The notes: generated by a model not told the origin, from the letters alone. 43,170 bases of DNA from Candidatus Hodarchaeota archaeon (GCA_048887225.1 JBHLJY010000022.1:1-43170); one strand, 5' to 3'. Shown: positions 8,071-17,876, counted from the stretch's first letter. Program-made: numbers and translations.

Positions 8071-10083
8071 TCATCCTAAATATTCAATCTCACCTTGGAG
8101 ATGAATATCTCTTGACGAACTGCCTATTAGAATGTTAAACATTCCAGGTTCTGCTTTCCAATCTCTGCTATTTTCATCGAAAAATGAAAGATCCTTCTTT
8201 GCAAGCTCTAAAATTATTGTTTTTTTAGCTCCAGGTTCAAGTATAATCTTTTTAAAACGTTTTAACTCTTTTATTGGTCTTTCTACGCTGCATTCTATAT
8301 CTTGAATATAGAGTTGAATAACTTCTGCTCCAGTACGAGACCCAGAGTTTGTAATATCAACTGATACTTTAAATCTTTCATTGCCGGACACTTTATACTT
8401 GTTGATCTTGAGGTTTTCATAAATAAAAGTAGTATAAGACAAACCATGTCCAAATGGAAAGAAGGGTTCAATGTTCTTTGTATCGAAATAACGATAGCCT
8501 ACAAAGATTCCCTCTTCATATTTAACATCTAAGTCCTCTATAATTTGCCCTGATGAATCTTTAAGCTTTTTTGGAAAAGTAATCGGAAGTCTACCTGAGG
8601 GATTCACTTCTCCGAATAGGATCGAAGCAATGGCATGTCCTCCTTCCATGCCAGGATACCATGCTTCAATCACGGCGGGCACTTTATCAATCCAATCCAT
8701 ACCAATTGGACTTCCATTTATTAAAACTACTATGGTTTTAGGATTTTCCTGAATAGTTTTATTTATACGGTTAATTTGTATAGAACTGAGATTGAATTTT
8801 TTTCTATCTGAACCCTCACAATCTTTATATGGCATATGATTAAGTCCAGTAACAATGATAGTTACATCTGCCTCTAAAGGCGACGAAACAATTTCGATTT
8901 TATCTTTACATTTTTCTGATATTCCTTCAAGCGGTGTAATTTCGTAGGGAGGTTTAACTTGGGAGCTACCACCCCCTAAGGACGTTTTTTTATCAGCATT
9001 TGGTCCAATCACCGCAATTTTGTTCAATGAATCGATATTAAGCGGGAGTAGATTGTCATTATTTTTTAGGAGAACAATACCTTCTTCTGCGATTTCGCGT
9101 GCTAATGTTTGGTGATCTAGTGTATTTCTACTACCAGCAGGTATTGTGTTTGGATCATCAAATATTCCTGTAAGAAACATTACACGCAATAGCCGTTTTA
9201 TATTTTCATTTAACGTTTCTTCATTAAATTTACCAACATTAAATGCTCTTTCCAATCTTTTTAATCTATATCTGAGTGGCATTGGCATTTCTAAAGTTAA
9301 ACCAGCATTTACGCAATTCTCTGTAGTTTTTATATGTCTCGTTGCAAACCAGTCACTAACAACAAAACCTCTAAAGCCCCATTCTTCCATTAATCTTTTC
9401 TTTATAAGGTTTTTATGTTCAGAACCATATATCCCATTAAGCTTATTATAACAACTCATAAACGACCAAGCATCAGCTTCGCACACGGTAGCTTTAAATG
9501 CAGGAAAATAAATTTCTTGAAGGGTTCTTTCGCTAACGGCTGAATTGCAAATAAATCTATTTGTTTCTTGATTATTGCAAATATAATGTTTTACACATGC
9601 AGCAATTCTCTCACTTTGAACGCCTTTTACATAACTTACTGCTAACTTTGCGTTTAAATAAGGATCTTCTGTCTGATATTCGAAATTTCTTCCACAAAGT
9701 GGTACCTTCTGAATATTTATGCCTGGTCCTAAAATCATATGATATCCGATATCCCTTACTTCTTGTGCAATTGCTACTCCAAACTTTTCTGAAAGCTCTG
9801 GATTCCAAGTTGCAGCTCTACAAATACCCACAGGAAAATAAGTGCCTAATGAATTATTGCTACTATGTGGACCTATCCCATGTGGTCCATCCGTCATTTT
9901 AAAATGTGGAATTCCTAATCTTTTAACAGGTCTCGTGTAAAACCCTTTTGTCCCAACGCTAAGTTTCATTTTATCTTTTAATGTTAATCTTCCTAAAAGG
10001 TCTTCAACCCTTTTCTCTAACTCTAAATTATTATCCATAAAAGGCATATTTAATAATTCTTCATCTGTAAGATTTTTACTCAT
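8071..10083 (-). CDS. Glycoside hydrolase family 3 beta-glucosidase/xylosidase with C-terminal Fn3-like domain
   Basis: TDGPHG, GRNFEYQTEDP, KHYICN, VVSDW nucleophile, VLLKN, NPSGRLP, PFGHGLSYT, EVIQLY; no signal peptide. Confidence 0.95.
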   Translation of the reverse strand: MSKNLTDEELLNMPFMDNNLELEKRVEDLLGRLTLKDKMKLSVGTKGFYTRPVKRLGIPHFKMTDGPHGIGPHSSNNSLGTYFPVGICRAATWNPELSEKFGVAIAQEVRDIGYHMILGPGINIQKVPLCGRNFEYQTEDPYLNAKLAVSYVKGVQSERIAACVKHYICNNQETNRFICNSAVSERTLQEIYFPAFKATVCEADAWSFMSCYNKLNGIYGSEHKNLIKKRLMEEWGFRGFVVSDWFATRHIKTTENCVNAGLTLEMPMPLRYRLKRLERAFNVGKFNEETLNENIKRLLRVMFLTGIFDDPNTIPAGSRNTLDHQTLAREIAEEGIVLLKNNDNLLPLNIDSLNKIAVIGPNADKKTSLGGGSSQVKPPYEITPLEGISEKCKDKIEIVSSPLEADVTIIVTGLNHMPYKDCEGSDRKKFNLSSIQINRINKTIQENPKTIVVLINGSPIGMDWIDKVPAVIEAWYPGMEGGHAIASILFGEVNPSGRLPITFPKKLKDSSGQIIEDLDVKYEEGIFVGYRYFDTKNIEPFFPFGHGLSYTTFIYENLKINKYKVSGNERFKVSVDITNSGSRTGAEVIQLYIQDIECSVERPIKELKRFKKIILEPGAKKTIILELAKKDLSFFDENSRDWKAEPGMFNILIGSSSRDIHLQGEIEYLG

Positions 10084-10143
10084 ATAGTACCACTAAAATT
10101 AATTTATTTTCAAACAAGTGTTATTAATAAAGAAATTATATTA

Positions 10144-11013
10144 TTAAAGGGATTGAGGGATTCTTTTTTCCATTGCTATTTCTTTCGCAATTATTTCATT
10201 TAAAAGAGCTTCCCGGTCCTCACCTGAAAGCACTTCCAGCTTTCTTATTCCTAAAGGATCTACTTTTTCTCTTAAATTTTTTATTTCTTTTACCGTAGGC
10301 GGTCGTGTTTCCTTTATATCGTCTGGAATAATTAACTCAAAACCAGTTGAATTTGTAACTGTCTCTAGATCTATTTTTGGATGAATTGTACTGATCTTCA
10401 TTTTCCTAGTTTCTTGGTCAAAGGTTAAATAAGCTAAGTCGGTAATAACACACTGGGGTCCAGCACCACCACATATACTTTGCTTTCCATCTGGAAATCC
10501 AACTCCTGAAATAAAATCAATTTTTGGAACAAATGTTTTTTTATCATGTCTTGGAGTATATAAAAAACTCCCTCGAGAATAAAACATTGAAAAATCTGCT
10601 ATACCAGCGCATCCTGGAAATCTAATTTTTGGAGTTTTCCAATCTCCAATACAGATATTGTTAGTGTTCCCATACATATCAATCTGAGCTGGTCTAAACC
10701 ATTCAATTGTAGTTAATTTATCTGAAGGAAGAGATTCTAAGGTACATTCTCCTGAGTTTTGAAATTTATATGCTCTAGCGGTATTCATCTCCAAATAGAG
10801 TAATGAAACTTGACGGGCTTCAAAGACAAAAGTATTTCCCATTATATAATGATAAATTGCATTTGGAGCGTGAGTTAATTTTGCTAAAGTAAAAGCTGCC
10901 CATACCATTGGAGTTGCAACTCCAACGATCATTACATCATCGTTTCTAACTTCCCTTGACATCAAGACTGTTAAAATTTCGTCGACTGTATAATCCTGAG
11001 AATATTCACTCAT
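10144..11013 (-). CDS. Family I CoA-transferase-fold beta subunit (GctB/IpdB/AibB-like) lacking the canonical catalytic Glu
   Basis: LAKLTHAP, AQIDMYGNTN, RFPGCAG, FVPKIDFISG, VITDL. Likely start at ATG 11013; the ORF track gives 11040. Confidence 0.88.
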   Translation of the reverse strand: MSEYSQDYTVDEILTVLMSREVRNDDVMIVGVATPMVWAAFTLAKLTHAPNAIYHYIMGNTFVFEARQVSLLYLEMNTARAYKFQNSGECTLESLPSDKLTTIEWFRPAQIDMYGNTNNICIGDWKTPKIRFPGCAGIADFSMFYSRGSFLYTPRHDKKTFVPKIDFISGVGFPDGKQSICGGAGPQCVITDLAYLTFDQETRKMKISTIHPKIDLETVTNSTGFELIIPDDIKETRPPTVKEIKNLREKVDPLGIRKLEVLSGEDREALLNEIIAKEIAMEKRIPQSL

Positions 11014-11026
11014 TTTTTTACACATC

Positions 11027-11884
11027 CTATAACAATACATTCAAAATTGTTTGAATTCCACCTACGTTTTCCAAATATTCTGCATGGCTTTTGACGTCAA
11101 TAAATTTAGTTTTATACTCCTCGAAATTCATTTTAAGATATGTTTGGATATGGGTGGGATCAAAGGTATATAGTGGAAAGCACGAGCTAGGGTGTGCACC
11201 GTAGGGCACCTTTACAACAGCATCGGTTGTTTGCATTGGTAATTGAGCTCGTTGCGGTAATCTTATAATATCCTCAGCCTCGACAAGCTTTTCGCACGTA
11301 ATAATTGTTTTTTTAGCAGTTTTTGCCATATCATCGTCAAGCCAAACAGCTCCTTCTATATTTCCGTTTCCAAACTCATCAGCATAATTTACATGTAATA
11401 TAGCGACGTCCAAGTCGATTTTTGGCATTGCCATTAGTTGAGTTCCAGAACCCAATGGATCTTCAAATTGCTTTATGTCATCCCTAACCTTAGGGAATGA
11501 TGTCCCAATAATTCCTTTCAATGGCATGAATGGTACTTTTAAGTAAGATGCCTTAAGTCCTAAAGCAATTGAAGCTTCGCTTTCCTCAGAAATTCTGATT
11601 TTTCCCGATTCAACGCCCTTTCTATAGTGAGGTGCCATCCCAAAAACTTCCATTCCCACAAAAGAGGCTCTAACTTCAGAAACACACCCGCTTCCAACAA
11701 GCATATCAACATCAATCCCGCCAACAAAAGTACAAATTGAGATATCCTTTTTCTCTTGTCTGATTATTTCCCTACAAGCGCATATTGATTTCCTCCAAAA
11801 TGATAATCCACCAATACCAATAAGATCCCCATTTTGGACATATGTTGAAATCGCCTCTTCCAATGACATAAGTTTAGAATCCAT
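11027..11884 (-). CDS. Family I CoA-transferase-fold alpha subunit (GctA/IpdA/AibA-like)
   Basis: KLMSLEEAI, GDLIGIGG, PFMP, DVAILHVNYADEFGN, IITCEKLV, PYGAHP. Confidence 0.9.
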   Translation of the reverse strand: MDSKLMSLEEAISTYVQNGDLIGIGGLSFWRKSICACREIIRQEKKDISICTFVGGIDVDMLVGSGCVSEVRASFVGMEVFGMAPHYRKGVESGKIRISEESEASIALGLKASYLKVPFMPLKGIIGTSFPKVRDDIKQFEDPLGSGTQLMAMPKIDLDVAILHVNYADEFGNGNIEGAVWLDDDMAKTAKKTIITCEKLVEAEDIIRLPQRAQLPMQTTDAVVKVPYGAHPSSCFPLYTFDPTHIQTYLKMNFEEYKTKFIDVKSHAEYLENVGGIQTILNVLL

Positions 11885-12018
11885 TTATAGACCTCTAAAA
11901 TGTGTTATTTAATTTTTAAGAATTTTATAGAAATTAAAATTGTTTATCGAATTAAAATTAGTATATTACTAAATTAGGATAGATAAATTTTTCTCTATTT
12001 ATTTAAGTTCAATAAGGA

Positions 12019-12822
12019 TTATTTAGATGCTAATTCTCGATTTATTTTTTTTAATAGCATCAGAGCTATTGTGATGTACCATGCACTATAGGAAAACACA
12101 AGCATCCACTCCCAAAATGAGCTAAAAAAGCCAAATATGTAATAATCAGGATATGACTCCCAGAAAATTATAAACAATATTGGTGATATTATAGCCATAT
12201 CTATTATTAATAATAAACGTATGACTGTTGAATGTTTCATTCCGATTCGTTCACGCATTATATCGGGATATATTACAAGCATTAATGCAAGAAAAATTCC
12301 CATAACCAAAAAATTATAAAATGCAATATCCGCAACAAGGTCATGCCATGGATAATCAGGGAGGGGTGTTCCGAAAATAGCATCAAATTGATCACCTACA
12401 TCTTCAGAGATGACCCCAGTTAAAAAAATTCCACATGCGCCTAGTAAATTACATATTAATACCAAATTGCTTAATAGTTTTCTTAATATTTTTGATTCTA
12501 ATGGTGAATTTAGTATTTTTTTCAAATAAAATGCTCCTGGAATCATTAAAATTCCAGCGAGCATGAGCCCATCGTCAAGAAATTTTGGTATAGGTGTATA
12601 TTTTAATGAGCCAAGATCGCTTATATAATTCTCAAAGAGGCTATAACCTGCAGAATCTGAACCAGGACCAGCAGGATCCAGTTGAGCAACAAGATATCCG
12701 ATCCCTAAACCGGCAATCCAAGCTATTAACGCCCCAATTATACAGAACTTTATAACTTTAAGATTCGTCAGAAAATTATGAAGTTTATTTATCTTTTCAG
12801 TAAATTTTTCTTTAAATCCCAT
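12019..12822 (-). CDS. Multi-pass membrane protein, DUF998/Frag1-like
   Basis: About 6 hydrophobic segments; YSLFENYISDLG, GVISED, a conserved-looking His (PWHD) and WEW. Confidence 0.65.
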   Translation of the reverse strand: MGFKEKFTEKINKLHNFLTNLKVIKFCIIGALIAWIAGLGIGYLVAQLDPAGPGSDSAGYSLFENYISDLGSLKYTPIPKFLDDGLMLAGILMIPGAFYLKKILNSPLESKILRKLLSNLVLICNLLGACGIFLTGVISEDVGDQFDAIFGTPLPDYPWHDLVADIAFYNFLVMGIFLALMLVIYPDIMRERIGMKHSTVIRLLLIIDMAIISPILFIIFWESYPDYYIFGFFSSFWEWMLVFSYSAWYITIALMLLKKINRELASK

Positions 12823-13032
12823 ATTTTTTCATTTCTTCTATTGTTAATAAAGCTTTTTTTTTTTGTTTATTCTTATCATATGAATTAATATTCAAGATTT
12901 ATTCGGCATCAGATCGAAAATTTAATTTGATTTAGCAGACTCCAAAATTTCTTTAATAAAAAGGAAATTCAATATTTTTAAAAAGCGATATTATTAGCAG
13001 AAATACCAAAAAAGAGGACTATAGTATCAGAG

Positions 13033-13575
13033 TTAGATATAATTAAAAATTTCTGCTTTTTCCAGCATAATACGAGTAATTTCCTCAAATATTTTATCCA
13101 CATTTTCTCCCGTTTTGGCAGAACATTCAAAAAAACCGCATAGTTTATTTTTTTCTGCCATTTCAAAACCTTCATTGCTTTTAACAACTCTTCTATAATC
13201 AAGATCAGTTTTTCCTCCTACTAATAAAATAGGGATTTGTTTCTCTTCAGCTAGAGCACCATCGTTTAGTGCGGTTAACCACTCATTTAAATTTTTTAAA
13301 CTTGAATATCTTGTAATATCATACATAAAGATTCCACCAGAAGCGCCTCTTAAATAGCTCGGCAAAAGAAATCTGAAACGCTCTTCACCCGCAAAATCCC
13401 ATATTTGCAATTTAACTTTGAACCCATTAACCTCTACAGTTTTTACATGGAAATCTAAGCCTATCGTGATCCCAAGGTTTCCTTCAAATACACCAGAAAG
13501 ATATTTATTAACTAGAGTTGTTTTTCCAACTCCACCATCTCCAAATATACATAATTTAAACATTGCATCATGCAT
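13033..13575 (-). CDS. Rab-like small GTPase (Ras superfamily; eukaryotic signature protein)
   Basis: G1 GDGGVGKT, G2 TIGLDF, KLQIWDFAGEERFR, YLRGA, YDIT, G4 GGKTD, G5 CSAK. ATG at 13575 or 13563; the ORF track starts at TTG 13596. Confidence 0.93.
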   Translation of the reverse strand: MHDAMFKLCIFGDGGVGKTTLVNKYLSGVFEGNLGITIGLDFHVKTVEVNGFKVKLQIWDFAGEERFRFLLPSYLRGASGGIFMYDITRYSSLKNLNEWLTALNDGALAEEKQIPILLVGGKTDLDYRRVVKSNEGFEMAEKNKLCGFFECSAKTGENVDKIFEEITRIMLEKAEIFNYI

Positions 13576-13880
13576 TTTACTCAGCCAATACCTCAATGTT
13601 TAGATATTTCTTTCAAATTTTGATATAGTTTTTGATATATTATTTATAAAGTTTTTTACAGATATATCATAGGAGAAAGTTGAAAAACGATGGCAAATAA
13701 CTTAGAGCAACTGAAATTTATAAATACCGAAAAAAAGGAAAAGCATAGATTTTACTTTAATCATTAACTTTTTAGGAGTCAAGAGAAATAGATTAAGATG
13801 AAATAAGATATTTTTTTAATATATTCTCATTTATTGTTTTGAAAAAATATTATAAATCTAAAAAATAAGAGGAAAAAGAA

Positions 13881-14816
13881 ATGATTATTGATGCACATTG
13901 TCATATTATTGATAAAGGCTGGTATCCTGATTCTTGGTGGTTAGGAATTGCACGTTCAATAGTTCCTACAGTAAAATTAAAACTTGGTGTGGAATTAACA
14001 CCTCAACAGATAATAGATAAAATATTTACAACTATGATGGATCCTACAGGAGAAAATTTGATCAAGGAGATGGATCGAGCTGGAATTGATATGGCAGCAG
14101 TGTTAGTTTTAGATTATGGATTATTCGAAGGTGAGTCTAAGGTCTCTATTGAGGAGCAAAATAAGATTCATGCCGACTTTCAAGAAAGATATCCAGATAG
14201 AATCCTAGCATTTGCAAGTGTAGATCCAAATAGGCCAAATGCTGAAAAAATTCTTAAAAAGTGCTTTGAGGAATGGAATATGAGCGGATTGAAGTTGCAT
14301 CCGGCTACAGGTTTTTATCCAAATAGTAAAGAGACTTATAAACTTTTAGATATTGCAAACGATTACAAGAAGCCAGTAATTTCTCATACTGGTCAAATGG
14401 TATTGCCTGGTAGATCAAAGTACTGTGATCCAATCTACCTTGATGATGTTTGTATTGATTATCCAGATCTTTGGATACAAGCAGCACATATGGGATTTGG
14501 CTGGCGCCATGAATTGTTTCACATGGGAAATACAAGACCTAACCTACTAGTTGATTATTCCGGCTGGCAAATTACAGCCGAAGAGAATTATTATGAATTC
14601 TGTTCTTCTCTGCGTTTATGTCTGGACGAGTTCACAAAAGAAAAAGTTTTATGGGGGACTGATAATCCTTATCTGCGAGGGGCGTTGGCAGATAAAAAAT
14701 GGGTTAATATGATAAAGAGATTGCCTACTAAAGCTCCAGAGGGGATTAAATTCACTCAGGAAGAAGTAGATCTTATGCTTGGTGGAAATGCACAGAGAAT
14801 CTTTGGGATTAAGTAA
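13881..14816 (+). CDS. Metal-dependent amidohydrolase (amidohydrolase_2/LigW-ACMSD-like TIM barrel)
   Basis: IIDAHCH, GLKLHP, SHTG, AHMG, WGTDNPY, GGNA. Confidence 0.9.
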   Translation: MIIDAHCHIIDKGWYPDSWWLGIARSIVPTVKLKLGVELTPQQIIDKIFTTMMDPTGENLIKEMDRAGIDMAAVLVLDYGLFEGESKVSIEEQNKIHADFQERYPDRILAFASVDPNRPNAEKILKKCFEEWNMSGLKLHPATGFYPNSKETYKLLDIANDYKKPVISHTGQMVLPGRSKYCDPIYLDDVCIDYPDLWIQAAHMGFGWRHELFHMGNTRPNLLVDYSGWQITAEENYYEFCSSLRLCLDEFTKEKVLWGTDNPYLRGALADKKWVNMIKRLPTKAPEGIKFTQEEVDLMLGGNAQRIFGIK

Positions 14817-14866
14817 AATTATTTTTTGATGATAAAAATTTTTAACAACTTCTTTTTTCTTTTTAA

Positions 14867-15025
14867 TCTATTAGGGTTACAATTAGTTATGGAATGAATC
14901 CAAATATAAAGAGTAGCTTAAAATAGCTTTCTGAGTTCTCTAATGCTTGAAAATTAAGAGTTCTCATATTATAATATAATATTTTTTTTTTGTGTATTCT
15001 ATTAGGGTTACATTTAATTGTGGAA
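14867..15025. repeat. Two-copy 28-bp direct repeat in an intergenic region
   Basis: 14867-14894 TCTATTAGGGTTACAATTAGTTATGGAA versus 14998-15025 TCTATTAGGGTTACATTTAATTGTGGAA (25/28 identical, period 131 bp). Confidence 0.8.
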
Positions 15026-15085
15026 CGGCTTGTTGAAGACTTAAAGACAAGTGGCTTTATTTAAAAGATAATTATTAGAACTCTT

Positions 15086-15457
15086 TTAAATTTGAAATTG
15101 GCGATTTCTCAGTTTTGAAATCAAATGTCCTCTAGAGAGAAGTTGGAGGCCAAATTGAGACGAATAATCTCGAGAAAAATCAGATACGATATTACATATC
15201 ATTATTCCTCCTTCTATACCTGGAGCGTCTAAACAAGCTTTATGTAATTGTCTTAATTGTGTAATACTTATCTCTCTTTTCCAGTCTCGAATAAATACTC
15301 CAAATAATGAGTTAGCATTTTTTACTAGTGCGTCAAAAGTCCAAATCTTTCCTGATTTTCCTTTAATTTTCTGTGGATCTGTGATAAAGTCATATTTTTC
15401 AGAAAAAACCAATTTCGTTAATTCAAGTAAAGATTTATCAACTACCGACATACACAT
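15086..15457 (-). CDS. Small Mrr-like/PD-(D/E)xK restriction-endonuclease-fold protein
   Basis: KIKGKSGKIWTFD...GVFIRDWKREISITQLRQL...GGIMIC...FS...GLQLL resembles the Mrr_cat pattern; the ExK motif is degenerate. Confidence 0.6.
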   Translation of the reverse strand: MCMSVVDKSLLELTKLVFSEKYDFITDPQKIKGKSGKIWTFDALVKNANSLFGVFIRDWKREISITQLRQLHKACLDAPGIEGGIMICNIVSDFSRDYSSQFGLQLLSRGHLISKLRNRQFQI

Positions 15458-15606
15458 ACCCCTTTTTAATTTAAAGTATTCTTTTAGTAATATTTAAATG
15501 TTATATGAAGGAGTGTATTATATTGATGTAATATGGAGAAGATATCTCTTAGATTTTTTTTACATCCTATAATTTAAAAATGGTAGAACTTCCGACAAAA
15601 AAAATT

Positions 15607-16470
15607 CTAAATTGACCTCAAGTTTTTACCTTTCTTATTTTGAAAAAATTCAAATAATTTATATAATGGATATTTACCCTCTGTGTCAGAACCTTTATTT
15701 TTTACATAATCATAAATATTTTTTTGTAAAAAGTCAATTAACTTATCAGCTACTTTATCACATAATCCCGAGCATTCTAAAAAATTATTTGATAAATAAT
15801 CGCAATTCTTATTATGTTGTTGGCAAAATTTTTTCATTTGTAATGACAAACCTTCTGCAGGCAAAAATACAAAGCGGTCCCAAGTATCTTGAAATCCACC
15901 TAAATGACTTGGAGCAATTTTTTTTAATGAGCTTTTTAAAAGATTTATTATTTTTTTTGAATTATTTGACTTCTCTTTTCCGACGCGAAATTTAATTCTT
16001 CTTAACTCTTCTTTTGCTTCGAGTTCACATAAAAAAACATATTTTTTTAATAATAAATCAGCCTCGTTAGTTTTCATTGAGTCTATGATTTTCCATCCAG
16101 AGACTTTCTTACAGCTTATTTCTTTATACTCAGGATTTGAGAAATTGGTAGGATAAATCCAGCATTGCGGAGGTTTTATTCCAGAATTATGAACATTACA
16201 TCCATTTGTTTCAAAATTAAATAAAAAGCATTTTCCTTTTTTTTCGTCAAATCGAAGATAAAAACTGAATATATCACTTCTAATGAAATCTTCCTTTTTT
16301 GCATATCCTCTCTTAATATATTCAGTTGCCAGAACTTTGGGGACATCAATCTTAATTGAACAACAATCGCCTGTACAGATTTTCGTGTCTATACAATTAG
16401 GCCCTTCAACGGCCGTTTTCATTAAACTATTAAACTCCCTAATAATTGTCCAAAAAAACTTATCTTCCAT
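15607..16470 (-). CDS. YkgJ-family cysteine-cluster (CxxCxxCC-type) metal-binding protein
   Basis: CIDTKICTGDCC, KCFLF...GCNVH...KPPQCWIYP, with further Cys residues near the C terminus. Confidence 0.7.
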   Translation of the reverse strand: MEDKFFWTIIREFNSLMKTAVEGPNCIDTKICTGDCCSIKIDVPKVLATEYIKRGYAKKEDFIRSDIFSFYLRFDEKKGKCFLFNFETNGCNVHNSGIKPPQCWIYPTNFSNPEYKEISCKKVSGWKIIDSMKTNEADLLLKKYVFLCELEAKEELRRIKFRVGKEKSNNSKKIINLLKSSLKKIAPSHLGGFQDTWDRFVFLPAEGLSLQMKKFCQQHNKNCDYLSNNFLECSGLCDKVADKLIDFLQKNIYDYVKNKGSDTEGKYPLYKLFEFFQNKKGKNLRSI

Positions 16471-16625
16471 CCGAGATCTATTAAAATATGTTTAATTTAT
16501 ATATTTTTTTATAAAGCTCTATATTTATCGCGTCTATTATTTAAAAAATTTAATCTGCTAAAATCTTATTGTAAAATTATAGACATCTAAAAAAAAAGCC
16601 AATTTTAAATTTATATCCGATTAAT

Positions 16626-17876
16626 TTATTCAATTTTATTGGAATGCCGATGAATAATTAAACCTGACAAGGGTTTTGGATAAAAATATGTAGATTTTTG
16701 AGGCATTATTTCGCCTAATCTAGTAATTTTTTGAATCTCTTCTAATGTTGCAGGGTTAACAACAAAAAGAGCTTCAATATCCTCCCTTTCATCAACAAAT
16801 TCAATCCCTTTTTCTAATCCTTTAATGAAATCTATATCTTCTATTTTCACATCAAGACATTCTTTAAGCAGAATATTATGTAATATTGGGAGGTTTAAGT
16901 TTTTCCATTCTGTCGTTTTTTTAATGTCTTTCATATAGTCTTCAGGTCTTACATTATCTTTTAATCTAAGAATTAGATATTTTTTAAGGAAATAGATCCC
17001 GAAAACGTGTTGACCTTTAAATTGTTCCATTTTATTTTTAAAATCATTAATATCATTGATATTTTCGATAATTTCAAACTTTTCTTTTACCTTATCTTTA
17101 ATTTCTTCTATAGAATTCACAGTTAATTTACGTATTAATCTATGATTTGGGAAAATGATTAATCCAGGATCATTAAAGTCGATAAATAACGCCATAATAT
17201 ACTTGCATCCACCATGTTTACTGTGGCGGAGGCTCGTGATAAATCTATGATGGCCATCAGCAATAATGATTTCATGATTTTTAACAATTTTTTGAAACCT
17301 TTTAATATCGTCTTCGTTCGATACCTCCCAAATCTTATGAGTGAACCCCTCTCGGTCTAACGTCTCAATAAAAGGTTTTTTAGTTATATATTTATTAAAA
17401 AGATTATCAGCTGTCCCGTTCCCATCATAAATTGTAAAAATTGGAGAGAAATTACCGTCTGTTTTTTGAATTATATTTAAACGGTCTTTAGTAAACTTCC
17501 TAAATGTGGCTTCGTGCGGTATGACTCGTTCAGTAGCCGGAAAAATCTCTACTAACTTTAAAAGACCAACAAATCCATATCTACTTATTTTTACTCCTGT
17601 ATCTGGTCTTGTATAATCGATTCCGTATATACAAATACATCTATCTGGGCCAGTAACGAGAGTTTCATTTTTTATCATTTCATCTAATTTTTGACCCGCA
17701 GCGTCGTAGGTTTCGGGAAGGATTACGTGACAAATATTATCTGGATGTTTTTTCATTTTGATTACTTCTTCTTCTGAAATAACATCGTAAGGTGGTGCAA
17801 TTAACATTCTTAATTTATCTGGATTGCTTTTCCCTATCTTATAATGAAAATTTCTAAATGGTAAAAGTTCTGGCAT
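16626..17876 (-). CDS. DUF1015 family protein
   Basis: APPYDVIS, PHEAT, FSPIF, IADGHHR, MPQKSTYFYPKPLSGL. Confidence 0.9.
   Translation of the reverse strand: MPELLPFRNFHYKIGKSNPDKLRMLIAPPYDVISEEEVIKMKKHPDNICHVILPETYDAAGQKLDEMIKNETLVTGPDRCICIYGIDYTRPDTGVKISRYGFVGLLKLVEIFPATERVIPHEATFRKFTKDRLNIIQKTDGNFSPIFTIYDGNGTADNLFNKYITKKPFIETLDREGFTHKIWEVSNEDDIKRFQKIVKNHEIIIADGHHRFITSLRHSKHGGCKYIMALFIDFNDPGLIIFPNHRLIRKLTVNSIEEIKDKVKEKFEIIENINDINDFKNKMEQFKGQHVFGIYFLKKYLILRLKDNVRPEDYMKDIKKTTEWKNLNLPILHNILLKECLDVKIEDIDFIKGLEKGIEFVDEREDIEALFVVNPATLEEIQKITRLGEIMPQKSTYFYPKPLSGLIIHRHSNKIE

Noticed and set aside
13597-13880. Tiny ORF (MANNLEQLKL) or ncRNA in the GTPase/amidohydrolase divergent gap
   Set aside because: Only 10 codons, the RBS-like AGGAG is poorly spaced, and no structure is evident.
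14871-14879. TTAGGGTTA resembles 1.5 telomeric TTAGGG units (also at 15002-15010)
   Set aside because: Only 9 bp, not tandemly iterated, and no reverse transcriptase nearby; treated as coincidence.
14867-15025. CRISPR mini-array reading of the 28-bp repeats
   Set aside because: Only two copies, the 103-bp gap is far longer than a spacer, and there are no cas genes in the window.
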